Assembly (NCBI GenBank): GCA_030650425.1
Contig: JAUSED010000008.1
Location: 4,554-68,553, forward strand
Reading direction: 5' to 3'
Origin: Candidatus Omnitrophota bacterium
GTDB lineage: Bacteria > Omnitrophota > Gorgyraeia > Gygaellales > Profunditerraquicolaceae
DNA length: 64,000 nucleotides
Below, one piece after another: positions 9,103 to 18,219 of this stretch (positions are counted from its first letter, which is position 1; the number at the start of each line of letters is the position of its first letter). The position numbers and the translations under genes are program-made. The notes below the pieces were generated by a model. It did no database searches. It was not told the origin of the DNA and saw only the letters and a program-made list of their open reading frames with translations.

Positions 9103-10029
9103 ATGACCAAAGACCTGGTTTCCATAAAAGATTTAAGCAAGGCAGAAATCGAAGAATTATTTAAGCTAACGGATCAACTAAAGAAAAATAAGAATAAATT
9201 TAGCGAGGTTTTAGCCGGTAAGACTTTGGCGCTTATTTTTCAGAAGCCTTCCAACAGGACACGGGTTTCTTTCGAAGTGGGGATGTTTCAATTAGGGGGC
9301 AATTCTTTGTATTTAGCGCCTAATGAGATCAATCTGGGTGTCAGGGAATCTATCGCTGATGTAGCCAAAACTCTCTCCAGATACGTTGACGGAATAGTCT
9401 TAAGGACCTTTGAACATAAGAATTGTCTGGAAATGGCTAAGGGCGCGGGGATACCGGTGATTAACGGGCTTTCGGATTTTTCCCATCCTTGTCAGGCTTT
9501 AGCGGATTTATATACGGTAAAAGAAAAGTTAAAGACTTTTAAGGGGGTTACCCTGGCTTACGTTGGAGATGGTAATAATGTTTGCAACTCATTGCTTTTT
9601 ATCTGCGCGAAATTAGGCGTGAATATGAACGTGAGTTCTCCTAAAGGTTATGAACCAGATAGTACGGTGTTAAAAGATGCCAAGGTTATCGCGAAAACCG
9701 CAGGCTCATTGATAAATTTATTGAGCGATCCATTGCTTGCGGTTAAAAACGCGGATGTGATTTATACGGATGTCTGGGCAAGTATGGGGCAGGAAGAGGA
9801 AGCGAAGGAAAGAAAGGAAGCTTTTAAAGATTTTCAGGTGAATAAGGATTTGATGAAATTAGCCAAGAAAGATGTTTTGATTATGCACTGCCTTCCGGCG
9901 CATAGGGGAGAAGAAATAACCGATGATGTCTTGGATAGCAGGAATGCGGTTGTCTTTGATCAGGCGGAAAATAGATTGCACGTGCAAAAAGCGATTTTAA
10001 TAAGATTACTTAACAACCGTTGCCAGTAG
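9103..10029 (+). CDS. argF: Ornithine carbamoyltransferase
   Basis: SNRTRVSFE, HPCQALAD and MHCLPAHRG motifs. Confidence 0.95.
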   Translation: MTKDLVSIKDLSKAEIEELFKLTDQLKKNKNKFSEVLAGKTLALIFQKPSNRTRVSFEVGMFQLGGNSLYLAPNEINLGVRESIADVAKTLSRYVDGIVLRTFEHKNCLEMAKGAGIPVINGLSDFSHPCQALADLYTVKEKLKTFKGVTLAYVGDGNNVCNSLLFICAKLGVNMNVSSPKGYEPDSTVLKDAKVIAKTAGSLINLLSDPLLAVKNADVIYTDVWASMGQEEEAKERKEAFKDFQVNKDLMKLAKKDVLIMHCLPAHRGEEITDDVLDSRNAVVFDQAENRLHVQKAILIRLLNNRCQ

Positions 10030-10123
10030 GGACTGTTCCCGAAGGGGACTGTCCTCGAAGAACTAGTGTAGCCAGTAGGGACTGTCCCCGCTTTTTGGGG
10101 ACTGTCCCACGACAAGATAAGTA
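10019..10123. repeat. Family C composite repeat (several GGGACTGTCCC units)
   Basis: Two gccagtagggactgt units; 10063-10123 matches 11329-11389 with 2 mismatches. Confidence 0.9.
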
Positions 10124-10144
10124 CTATTTGGGAGATAAGTGAAA

Positions 10145-11326
10145 ATGAAAAAAGTTATCTTAGCGTATTCAGGCGGGCTTGATACATCCTGTATCATCAG
10201 ATGGCTAAAGGATAAAGGCTATGAGGTTATCTGCTTTATGGCAGATTTAGGGCAAGGTTTGGGTCAGGGTGAGAATCTGGAAGCGATTGAGTCCCGGGCC
10301 CTCGCAGCCGGAGCATCCAAAGTTTATATCAAGGATTTGCAGGATGAATTCGTGGAAGAATTTGTCTTACCCGCTCTTGCGGCCAATGCTGTTTATGAAG
10401 GAAAATACCTGTTGGCTACTGCTTTGGGCAGGCCGTTAATTGCCAAGTATCTGGTGCAGATAGCGCACAAAGAGAAGGCCACGGCAATCGCGCATGGCTG
10501 CACCGGAAAAGGAAATGATCAGGTAAGGATCGAGGTTGCGGCGGGTATTCTTGATGCAAGCCTGGAGATTATTGCTCCGGTGAGAAGCTGGGAATTCAAA
10601 TCGCGGGAAGAAGAGATAGAATATGCTAAGACACATAGCATCCCGATAGATGTTACCAAGAAAAAACCGTATAGTATTGACAGGAATATCTGGGGGATAA
10701 GTATTGAGGCGGGTGTTTTAGAGGATTTAACGCAGGAGCCTCCGGAAGACGCGTATATGATTACCAAGAGTCCGACTGCTCAGGCAAGTTATCCTAAATA
10801 TATTGAGGTTTATTTTGAAAAAGGCGTGCCGAAGAAGATAGACGGTAAAACCTGTAAATTAAAAAGCCTGATCAGCCATTTGAATGAAGTTGGGGGGTTT
10901 TATGGCGTAGGCAGGTCGGATATGCTTGAAAACAGGTTAGTCGGGATTAAGTCGAGGGAAATTTATGAGGCGCCGGCAGCCACGATTTTACATATCGCGC
11001 ATAAAGAATTAGAGGCGCTGGTTTTAGATAGGGAGTTGGCCCACTTTAAAGATATTATCAGCCTTAAATACGCGGAGTTGGTTTATAATGGACTTTGGTT
11101 TTCTCCTTTGAAAGAGGCACTGGATGCTTTTGTCAAATCTACGCAAAAACATGTAACCGGCTCGATAAGATTAAAATTGTTTAAAGGTAATTGTCTAGCG
11201 GTGGGAAGAAAATCAACACACTCGCTTTATAAAAAAGAATTGAGCACCTACGGTAAAGAAGATAAATTTGACCAGAAATTAGCCGAAGGGTTTATTAAGA
11301 TATGGGGAATGCCCTACAGAAGATGA
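10145..11326 (+). CDS. argG: Argininosuccinate synthase
   Basis: LAYSGGLDTS and HGCTGKGNDQVR; start could also be GTG 10139. Confidence 0.96.
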   Translation: MKKVILAYSGGLDTSCIIRWLKDKGYEVICFMADLGQGLGQGENLEAIESRALAAGASKVYIKDLQDEFVEEFVLPALAANAVYEGKYLLATALGRPLIAKYLVQIAHKEKATAIAHGCTGKGNDQVRIEVAAGILDASLEIIAPVRSWEFKSREEEIEYAKTHSIPIDVTKKKPYSIDRNIWGISIEAGVLEDLTQEPPEDAYMITKSPTAQASYPKYIEVYFEKGVPKKIDGKTCKLKSLISHLNEVGGFYGVGRSDMLENRLVGIKSREIYEAPAATILHIAHKELEALVLDRELAHFKDIISLKYAELVYNGLWFSPLKEALDAFVKSTQKHVTGSIRLKLFKGNCLAVGRKSTHSLYKKELSTYGKEDKFDQKLAEGFIKIWGMPYRR

Positions 11327-11328
11327 CG

Positions 11329-11389
11329 CTAGTATAGCCAGTAGGGACTGTCCCCGTTTTTTGGGGACTGTCCCACGACAAGATAAGTA
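11329..11389. repeat. Family C repeat
   Basis: ctagtatagccagtagggactgtccccgttttttggggactgtcccacgacaagataagta. Confidence 0.9.
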
Positions 11390-11413
11390 TTGGCACCTAA
11401 ATACAGGAGAGCA

Positions 11414-12802
11414 ATGTCCAAAAAACTTTGGGGCACAAGATTCTCAAAGCAGACAAACGCGTTAACCAACAAGTTTACTTCCAGTATCTCCTTTGATCAG
11501 CGATTGGCTAAGTATGATTGTTTGGGGAGTATCGCGCACGCGAAAATGCTGGGTAAGCAAAGGATTATCCCTAAGGCTGATTCCGCTTTAATGGTTAAGG
11601 GGCTTAACTCTATTTTGCAGGATTTAAAAGGCGGTAAATTTAAATTTGATTTAGGCGCCGAGGATATCCATTCCAATATTCAGGAGGCGTTGGTGAAAAA
11701 GATAGGCAAGGCTGCTTTTAAATTGCATACGGCAAGATCCCGCAACGACCAGATAGCTTTGGATATAAAAATGTATATCAAGGATGAAATAGATAACTTG
11801 GAAGGGTTGATCTCTGAGTTGCAAAAAGCAATTCTCAAGCTCGCGAAGAAGAATTCCGAGGTGATTATCCCCGGCTATACGCATTTACAAGTAGCCCAAT
11901 GCGTATTGCTGGCGCATCATCTTTTGGCTTATATCGAAGGCTTAGAAAGGGATAAGCAAAGATTACTTGATGCGAAAGCGCGGCTGGATGTTATGCCTTT
12001 AGGCGCTTGCGCGTTTTCCGGGACGAGCCTTCCGATTGACAGGAGCTATGTAGCTCGGGAATTAGGCTTTAAAAACGTAACCGCTAATAGTATTGATTCG
12101 GTCAGCGACCGGGATTTTATCATTGAGGCCCTGGCTGCCTTATCCATTTTGTCGGTGCATCTTTCGCGGATGGCCGAGGATCTTATTCTCTGGTCAACCA
12201 AAGAATTCTCATTTATTGATATTGATTTTTCTTTTTGCACCGGTTCAAGCATTATGCCGCACAAAAAGAATCCGGATATACTGGAATTAATCCGGGGCTC
12301 AGTCGGTAAAATCCAGGGTGATCTTTCCAGTGTTTTGATATTGATGAAGGGGTTACCTTCTTCCTATAACCGGGACCTGCAGTTGGATAAACCGCCGCTT
12401 TTTGACGCCATAGATACGGTTAAAGACATTTTGGAGATTTTTGTTGCCTTGTTTGAAAATATTGTGATTGAGAAAGAAGCGATTGCCGGACGCCTGGGCG
12501 ACGAAGCCTTATTTTCAGTTGATGTTGTGGAATACCTGATTAAAAAGGGCATCTCTTATAGAGAGGCGCACGATATTGTCGGCTCAATGGTCAGGGATTG
12601 CTTGGATAAAGGGAGAAAGATTTCATGCTTAAGCGAAAAAGAGTTAAATAAATATTCCCCTAAGCTTAAGACAGATGTAAAAAAGATACTCAATGCTTGG
12701 GTTTCGGTGAATCTTAAGCAATCCTATGGCGGGACAGGTTTTACGCAGGTTAATCTTCAACTTAAAAGATGGAAGAGGTTATTGGAAAGGAGAAAAATAT
12801 GA
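11414..12802 (+). CDS. argH: Argininosuccinate lyase
   Basis: KLWG, HTARSRNDQ and GSSIMPHKKNPD; ATG 11414 follows AGGAG. Confidence 0.95.
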   Translation: MSKKLWGTRFSKQTNALTNKFTSSISFDQRLAKYDCLGSIAHAKMLGKQRIIPKADSALMVKGLNSILQDLKGGKFKFDLGAEDIHSNIQEALVKKIGKAAFKLHTARSRNDQIALDIKMYIKDEIDNLEGLISELQKAILKLAKKNSEVIIPGYTHLQVAQCVLLAHHLLAYIEGLERDKQRLLDAKARLDVMPLGACAFSGTSLPIDRSYVARELGFKNVTANSIDSVSDRDFIIEALAALSILSVHLSRMAEDLILWSTKEFSFIDIDFSFCTGSSIMPHKKNPDILELIRGSVGKIQGDLSSVLILMKGLPSSYNRDLQLDKPPLFDAIDTVKDILEIFVALFENIVIEKEAIAGRLGDEALFSVDVVEYLIKKGISYREAHDIVGSMVRDCLDKGRKISCLSEKELNKYSPKLKTDVKKILNAWVSVNLKQSYGGTGFTQVNLQLKRWKRLLERRKI

Positions 12803-13356
12803 CGCGTTTCCGGATTTTAGCTTTGCTTTTTCTTTTCTCTGTTTGCAGCACTGCGTTCCTATCTGCCGCTGATGAGACCCTAACCATTACCACTTATTAT
12901 CCTTCACCGTACGGTAGTTATAATTCTCTTCAAACAAGCACACTTGGCGTGGGAGACAATAACGGCGATACTAAGCTTACTTCTGCTGATGTGCCTACTA
13001 CTGTTGGAGATGTCTGGATTAAAGGCAAGGTCGGCATCGGGACGACGACACCGGGGACGAAGTTGGAGGTGAACGGTCAAATTAAGATCACCGGGGGTAA
13101 CCCTGGAGCAGGTAAAGTTTTGACTTCTGATGCCAATGGAGTGGGGAGTTGGCAGGGGGGGGGAGCTGGATTGGTTCAATATGGGGGTAGTTACTTAGTT
13201 GAATATATGGGTGGCACATGTACTACTCCTAACATAGTAACGAGTAATTGTTCCTGTCCCGCTGGTTATTCAGCTAGGATGATAGCAAAAGGCGAGTATT
13301 ACTATTATCAGCCATGGGATGCTGCTCATTGGGGCTATGCTTGTGAAAAATATTAA
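12799..13356 (+). CDS. Secreted fibre/adhesin-like hypothetical protein (TYYPSPYG motif, VGIGTT repeat, Cys-rich C-terminus)
   Basis: Signal peptide after SD AAGGAG; LTITTYYPSPYGSY; KVGIGTTTPGTKLEVNG...GKVLTSDANG; CSCPAGY. Confidence 0.7.
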   Translation: MTRFRILALLFLFSVCSTAFLSAADETLTITTYYPSPYGSYNSLQTSTLGVGDNNGDTKLTSADVPTTVGDVWIKGKVGIGTTTPGTKLEVNGQIKITGGNPGAGKVLTSDANGVGSWQGGGAGLVQYGGSYLVEYMGGTCTTPNIVTSNCSCPAGYSARMIAKGEYYYYQPWDAAHWGYACEKY

Positions 13357-13384
13357 TTGCGATAAAATCAAAATTAAATTATTA

Positions 13385-13444
13385 AATTATAGACGGTTTA
13401 CGGAAGAAAATTATAGAAAATTATAGAATTATAGACGGTGTACG
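13385..13444. repeat. Short direct-repeat cluster (AATTATAG x4; AATTATAGACGGTKTACG x2)
   Basis: Read directly from the intergenic sequence. Confidence 0.7.
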
Positions 13445-13547
13445 TAACTGCTTAGCGTATAAGATGATAGGAAACAAATACATGAATTTAAAGAAAAAAT
13501 GAAGATAAACGTTAGTGAAGGGAATCACAAAAAATAGGGGTCAGCAA

Positions 13548-14396
13548 ATGTTAAATAAGAGTATAGCGATTCTCAAGAAGTATTTTCTTAATAAACCGGA
13601 TATATCGGCGGCTTTTTTATTCGGCTCTCAGGCAAAGACTTACGCGGGCAAGATTTCAGATTGGGATATCGCGGTCTATTTTTGGCCGAAAGAGGATAAG
13701 AGTGAAATTGAGTGGGAAGAGGCGGGTAAGGCCTATCCCGGAGAGAATAAAATTTGGGATGACCTCGTAGATATACTTAAGACCGATAATGTGGATCTGG
13801 TGGTCTTAAACCGCGCTCCGGCAAACATAGCAGCTTCGGCAATTAGCGAAGGCAGGGCCTTGGTAATTAAAGACAGAAAGGCCTTTTTGGATTTTATGCT
13901 GGTAACTATGCGCCAGGCCGAGGATTATTCTGATTTCGTAGATACCTATTATAAGATCTCCCAACGTTCAAGCTCCCTTGGCCAAAGAGACAGGGAAAAA
14001 TTAAAAAAGATTATAGATTTCTTAAGCCATGAAGTTTCTTCTCAGGAATATTTTTCAAAATTTGATTTCAACGGCTATCAAGATGCCCATAAGCGCCGCG
14101 ATATTGAGCGATGGGTGGAGAATATGATAAATTCCGCCATAGATATAGGAGAGGTTATTTTGGCTTCAGAGAAAAAGAAGATCCCTGATTATTATAAAGA
14201 TGTGTTTGTCCAGCTTGGGTTATTGCCGCAGTTTAGGCAAATGGATGTGGCAAAATTTACCGGCTGGGTTAAGCTGCGGAATATCCTGGCTCACGAATAC
14301 CTTGATCTAAAATGGCAAAAGATAAGTAGTTTTGCCCAAGAATGCAAAACGCATTTTGCGGTATTTTTGGAGGCCGCTAAGGAGTTCTTGAAATAA
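13548..14396 (+). CDS. Fused minimal nucleotidyltransferase (MNT) and HEPN (DUF86-like) RNase
   Basis: N-terminal FLFGSQAKTYAGKISDWDIAV (GS-x10-DxD); C-terminal LRNILAHEY (R-x4-H-x-Y); start uncertain (13515 or 13548). Confidence 0.8.
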   Translation: MLNKSIAILKKYFLNKPDISAAFLFGSQAKTYAGKISDWDIAVYFWPKEDKSEIEWEEAGKAYPGENKIWDDLVDILKTDNVDLVVLNRAPANIAASAISEGRALVIKDRKAFLDFMLVTMRQAEDYSDFVDTYYKISQRSSSLGQRDREKLKKIIDFLSHEVSSQEYFSKFDFNGYQDAHKRRDIERWVENMINSAIDIGEVILASEKKKIPDYYKDVFVQLGLLPQFRQMDVAKFTGWVKLRNILAHEYLDLKWQKISSFAQECKTHFAVFLEAAKEFLK

Positions 14397-14406
14397 AGTA
14401 AATAAA

Positions 14407-14424
14407 GGGACCGTTTCTATTTTT
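14407..14424. repeat. Family A solo arm
   Basis: gggaccgtttctattttt without a partner arm. Confidence 0.8.
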
Positions 14425-14445
14425 GATTCAGAGGATAAAAAACAA

Positions 14446-15693
14446 ATGCATGAATTCAAATATATTCATAAACAGCTTTATTGCGAAAAATTAAAAGTAG
14501 CAGGCTTAGCGGAAAAATTTGGAACGCCGCTGTATGTCTATAGCTATGATACCTTAGTTGGCCACTTTCTTAAATTGAAGGAGGCTTTTAAATCTATTAA
14601 ACCGTTGATTTGCTATTCGGTAAAAGCCAATTCTAATCTGGCAATTTTGAGAGCATTAGTTAATCAAGGTGCTGGCTTGGATATCGTTTCCGGAGGCGAG
14701 CTTTTCCGGGCAAGGCGCGCCGGTTGTCCGGCAAATAGAATAGTCTATGCTTCGGTAGGTAAAACCGATTACGAAATAAAAGAGGCGATAAAATCAGGAA
14801 TTTTCTTTTTCAATGTGGAGTCATTCCCTGAATTAAAAAATATCCAGCATATCGCCAGAAGGCTTAAAAGGCGGGTGAATGTTGCTTTGCGTATCAATCC
14901 TGATGTTGAGCCTAAAACCCATAAATATATTACTACCGGGAAGCTGACCAATAAATTCGGGATAGATTTTCAAAGCGCTAAACGGATTATTTTACTAGCG
15001 AGAGGTTTTTCGCATGTAAAAATCTCCGGGCTGCACATTCATATCGGCTCACAAATCACTACTCCGGAGCCTTTTGTGGCAGCGATAACCAGAATAATCA
15101 GGTTTATCTTGGTGCTTAAAAAAGAGGGGATCGCCTTGGAATATTTAAATATCGGGGGAGGCCTGGGGATTATTTACGATCGGGAAACGCCTCAGACCGC
15201 GGCCAGATTCGCGGCCAGGATCTTACCCTTATTGAAAAAATCCGGGCTTAAAATAATTATGGAACCGGGCAGGTTTATCGCGGGGAATGCCGGGATATTG
15301 GTGACTAAAGTACTTTATGTCAAAAATACGCCGAAGAAAAAATTTATTATTGTGGATGCCGGAATGAATGATTTAATCCGTCCGGCGTTATATGACGCGT
15401 ATCATAACATTGTTCCTCTACAGAGGACAGAAAACAGAAAACAGGAGGCAGAGAAAGCCGATATTGTCGGCCCTATTTGCGAGAGTGGAGATTTTTTAGC
15501 CAAAGAAAGGATTGTGCCTAATCTGGAAGAAGGAGATTATTTAGCCGTAATGGGCGCCGGGGCATATGGTTTCAGTATGGCCAGTAACTACAATTCCCGG
15601 CGAAGGCCCCAAGAGGTACTCGTAAATAAAGATAAGGTATCTGTAATCCGTAAAAGAGAGTCTTATAAGGATTTAATCCGTAATGAATTGTAA
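14446..15693 (+). CDS. lysA: Diaminopimelate decarboxylase
   Basis: YSVKAN, HIGSQ, EPGR and GPICESGD motifs. Confidence 0.96.
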   Translation: MHEFKYIHKQLYCEKLKVAGLAEKFGTPLYVYSYDTLVGHFLKLKEAFKSIKPLICYSVKANSNLAILRALVNQGAGLDIVSGGELFRARRAGCPANRIVYASVGKTDYEIKEAIKSGIFFFNVESFPELKNIQHIARRLKRRVNVALRINPDVEPKTHKYITTGKLTNKFGIDFQSAKRIILLARGFSHVKISGLHIHIGSQITTPEPFVAAITRIIRFILVLKKEGIALEYLNIGGGLGIIYDRETPQTAARFAARILPLLKKSGLKIIMEPGRFIAGNAGILVTKVLYVKNTPKKKFIIVDAGMNDLIRPALYDAYHNIVPLQRTENRKQEAEKADIVGPICESGDFLAKERIVPNLEEGDYLAVMGAGAYGFSMASNYNSRRRPQEVLVNKDKVSVIRKRESYKDLIRNEL

Positions 15694-15755
15694 ATGAAAC
15701 TGTTTCCATTTTGTGAAGGAAACTGTTTCTAGCTCAATCGGGAAAGTGGGTATTG

Positions 15756-16589
15756 ATGATACAGAAAACATTTACTTTTACTAAAATGGTCGCCTCAGGC
15801 AATGATTTCATAGTTTTGGAAGTCAGAAGTCAGAAGTCAGAAGTCAGAAATTTAAAAGATTTGGCAAAGAAAATGTGCGATAGGAAATTTGGGATAGGCG
15901 CAGACGGCCTGCTTGTTTTAGAAAAGTCCAGGAAAGCCGATATCAAAATGCGCATTTTTAACGCCGACGGTTCGGAGGCTGAGATGTGCGGTAACGGCGC
16001 CCGTTGCGCCGCGTATTATTTAAGCCAAAATGTGTCATTGCGAGCCCCGAAGGGGCGAAGCAATCTTAAAATAGAAACTAAGGCCGGAGTTATCGAATCT
16101 ATAGTAAAAGGGAATAACATTAAAATTAATTTAACCGAACCAAGTAATTTAAAATTAGATATACCTATTGGAATAAACAATCGCCTAATAAAAGTTAACT
16201 TCATTAATACCGGTGTCCCCCACGCAGTAATATTCGTGGAAGGGCTTGATCAGATTGATGTTGCAAGTATCGGGAGTAAAATCCGCTATCATAGAAAATT
16301 TATTCCCGTAGGAACGAATGTTGATTTCATGGAAATCCTAAGCAAAGATTCTATAAAGGTAAGGACTTATGAAAGAGGCGTAGAGGATGAGACCTTGGCT
16401 TGTGGTACTGGGAGCGTTGCCGCAGCGCTCATTTTTGCCTTAAAGACAGTTGGCTTAGATAGAATTAACGTAAATACCGAAAGCGGAGACACTTTAAAAG
16501 TTTACTTTAAAAAAGAGAAAAATAAATTTTCAGATGTTTGGCTTGAAGGTAAAGCCGGAATAGTTTACAAAGGAGAATATTATGTTTAA
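15756..16589 (+). CDS. dapF: Diaminopimelate epimerase, with two in-frame repeat insertions
   Basis: GNDF, EMCGNGARC and ETLACGTG motifs. Confidence 0.95.
   Translation: MIQKTFTFTKMVASGNDFIVLEVRSQKSEVRNLKDLAKKMCDRKFGIGADGLLVLEKSRKADIKMRIFNADGSEAEMCGNGARCAAYYLSQNVSLRAPKGRSNLKIETKAGVIESIVKGNNIKINLTEPSNLKLDIPIGINNRLIKVNFINTGVPHAVIFVEGLDQIDVASIGSKIRYHRKFIPVGTNVDFMEILSKDSIKVRTYERGVEDETLACGTGSVAAALIFALKTVGLDRINVNTESGDTLKVYFKKEKNKFSDVWLEGKAGIVYKGEYYV
15819..15849. repeat. Heptamer tandem repeat inside dapF
   Basis: (gaagtca)x4, encoding EVRSQKSEVR. Confidence 0.85.
16033..16066. repeat. CGTC-type half element inside dapF
   Basis: tgtcattgcgagccccgaaggggcgaagcaatct; ends match 3749-3785. Confidence 0.85.
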
Positions 16590-17460
16590 GGGTTCTATCA
16601 CAGCCATTGTTACGCCTTTTAAAAACGGCAAGGTCGACGAAAAGAAGCTTGGGGAACTCATCGAATTCCAGATTAAAAACGGTACTTCCGGAATCGTGCC
16701 TTGCGGCACAACCGGAGAATCCGCGACTCTTTCTTTCCAAGAGCATGAGCGCGTAATTGAAATTACTATCGCGCAGGCGGCTAAAAGGGTGCCGGTGATC
16801 GCCGGGACAGGCTCAAACTCTACCGAAGAGGCGATCATCTTGACTAAGCACGCGGCAAGTGCCGGAGCTAACGCCTCTTTGCAAGTCTCTCCATATTATA
16901 ACCGGCCAACGCAACAAGGCCTCTATGAGCATTTCAAGGCAGTTGCCCAATCAGTAAATATCCCGATTATCCTTTATAACATTGCAGCTCGTACCGGAGT
17001 GAATATTGAGCCGGAGACTATCGCCAGGTTAGCCAATGACTGTAAAAATATCGTGGGAGTAAAAGAGGCTTCGGGAAACTTAGAACAGATGTCGCGCGTA
17101 AAAGCGCTTTGTCCGAAAAACTTCGCGTTGATTTCCGGAGATGACGGTTTGACGCTGCCGGTTTTAAGTATCGGCGGCGTAGGGATAATCTCCGTCGTGG
17201 CTAATATTGTTCCGCGGGATGTGGCGGATCTGGTCAGCGTTTTTGAAAAAGGGGATATTAAAGCAGCCCAAACCCTGCATTATAAATTATTACCGTTAGT
17301 CAAAGCGATGTTTATTGAAACTAACCCTATACCAGTGAAGACGGCTATGGGCCTGTTAGGTATGAGTGAAGCGGATTTAAGGTTACCAATGTGCTCAATG
17401 TTACCTGAGAATTTGGAGAAACTTAAAAAAGCGCTAAAAGATTACGGGGTGTTAAGATGA
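16582..17460 (+). CDS. dapA: 4-hydroxy-tetrahydrodipicolinate synthase
   Basis: GTTGESATL, PYYNRP and VGVKEASG motifs. Confidence 0.96.
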   Translation: MFKGSITAIVTPFKNGKVDEKKLGELIEFQIKNGTSGIVPCGTTGESATLSFQEHERVIEITIAQAAKRVPVIAGTGSNSTEEAIILTKHAASAGANASLQVSPYYNRPTQQGLYEHFKAVAQSVNIPIILYNIAARTGVNIEPETIARLANDCKNIVGVKEASGNLEQMSRVKALCPKNFALISGDDGLTLPVLSIGGVGIISVVANIVPRDVADLVSVFEKGDIKAAQTLHYKLLPLVKAMFIETNPIPVKTAMGLLGMSEADLRLPMCSMLPENLEKLKKALKDYGVLR

Positions 17461-18167
17461 TTAAACTCGGAATCGCTGGTGTCTGCGGCAAAATGGGGAG
17501 GCGGATTTTTGAGTTGGCGTCTTTTGATAAAGATTTTGAATTAACCTTTGGCTTAGAGAAAAAAGGTACTCCGGCAATAGGTAAAGATATAGGTAAGCTG
17601 AAGATATCCTCAAGTCTTGATGGATTATTTCTTGTTGATGTATTCGTGGATTTTACCATCCCGGAGGCAACCGAAATAAATCTTGATTATATCGCTAAAT
17701 ATAGAAAACCTCTTGTATTGGGCACAACAGGTTTAAGCGATGCGCAGATAAAAAAAGTCGAAGAGATTTCCCGGGTTGTTCCGGTTGTCTTTACTCCGAA
17801 TATGGCTATCGGGGTTAATGTTTTATTTTCGATCCTGCCGCAGATCGCTAAAAGGTTAGGCCCGGATTATAGTATTGAAATCGTCGAGGCGCACCATAAA
17901 TCCAAAAAAGACGCTCCTTCGGGAACAGCCAAGAAAATGATAGAGGTGTTGAGCGAGGCTACCGCCAGGCAAATACCCGCTCACTCGATCCGGCTGGGAG
18001 ATATTGTGGGAGACCATACAGTGATCTTCTGTGGAAACTCCGAGCGTATTGAAATCAAACATCAAGCGCATTCGCGGGATTTATTCGCTTTGGGCGCCTT
18101 AAGGGCGGCGAAATGGATTTTCGGCAAACCGGCCGGATTATATTCGATGCAGGACGTACTAAAATAG
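17457..18167 (+). CDS. dapB: 4-hydroxy-tetrahydrodipicolinate reductase
   Basis: GKMG, GTTG and EAHHKSKKDAPSGTA motifs. Confidence 0.95.
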   Translation: MIKLGIAGVCGKMGRRIFELASFDKDFELTFGLEKKGTPAIGKDIGKLKISSSLDGLFLVDVFVDFTIPEATEINLDYIAKYRKPLVLGTTGLSDAQIKKVEEISRVVPVVFTPNMAIGVNVLFSILPQIAKRLGPDYSIEIVEAHHKSKKDAPSGTAKKMIEVLSEATARQIPAHSIRLGDIVGDHTVIFCGNSERIEIKHQAHSRDLFALGALRAAKWIFGKPAGLYSMQDVLK

Positions 18168-18170
18168 GGG

Positions 18171-18213
18171 AAAATGGGGACTGTCCCCGTTTTCTGGGGA
18201 CTGTCCCCATTTT
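18171..18213. repeat. Family C doublet
   Basis: aaaatggggactgtcccc-gttttct-ggggactgtccccatttt. Confidence 0.9.
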
Positions 18214-18219
18214 AGTTAA

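Noticed and set aside
10019-11389. GGGACTGTCCC repeats as a CRISPR array
   Set aside because: No regular repeat-spacer periodicity and no cas genes; the copies are dispersed
12799-13356. Diversity-generating retroelement target
   Set aside because: No reverse transcriptase and no template-repeat copy seen in the window; a remote DGR cannot be excluded
15697-15750. Degenerate GAAACTGTTTC duplication between lysA and dapF
   Set aside because: Possibly a decayed family A/B element but too diverged to call
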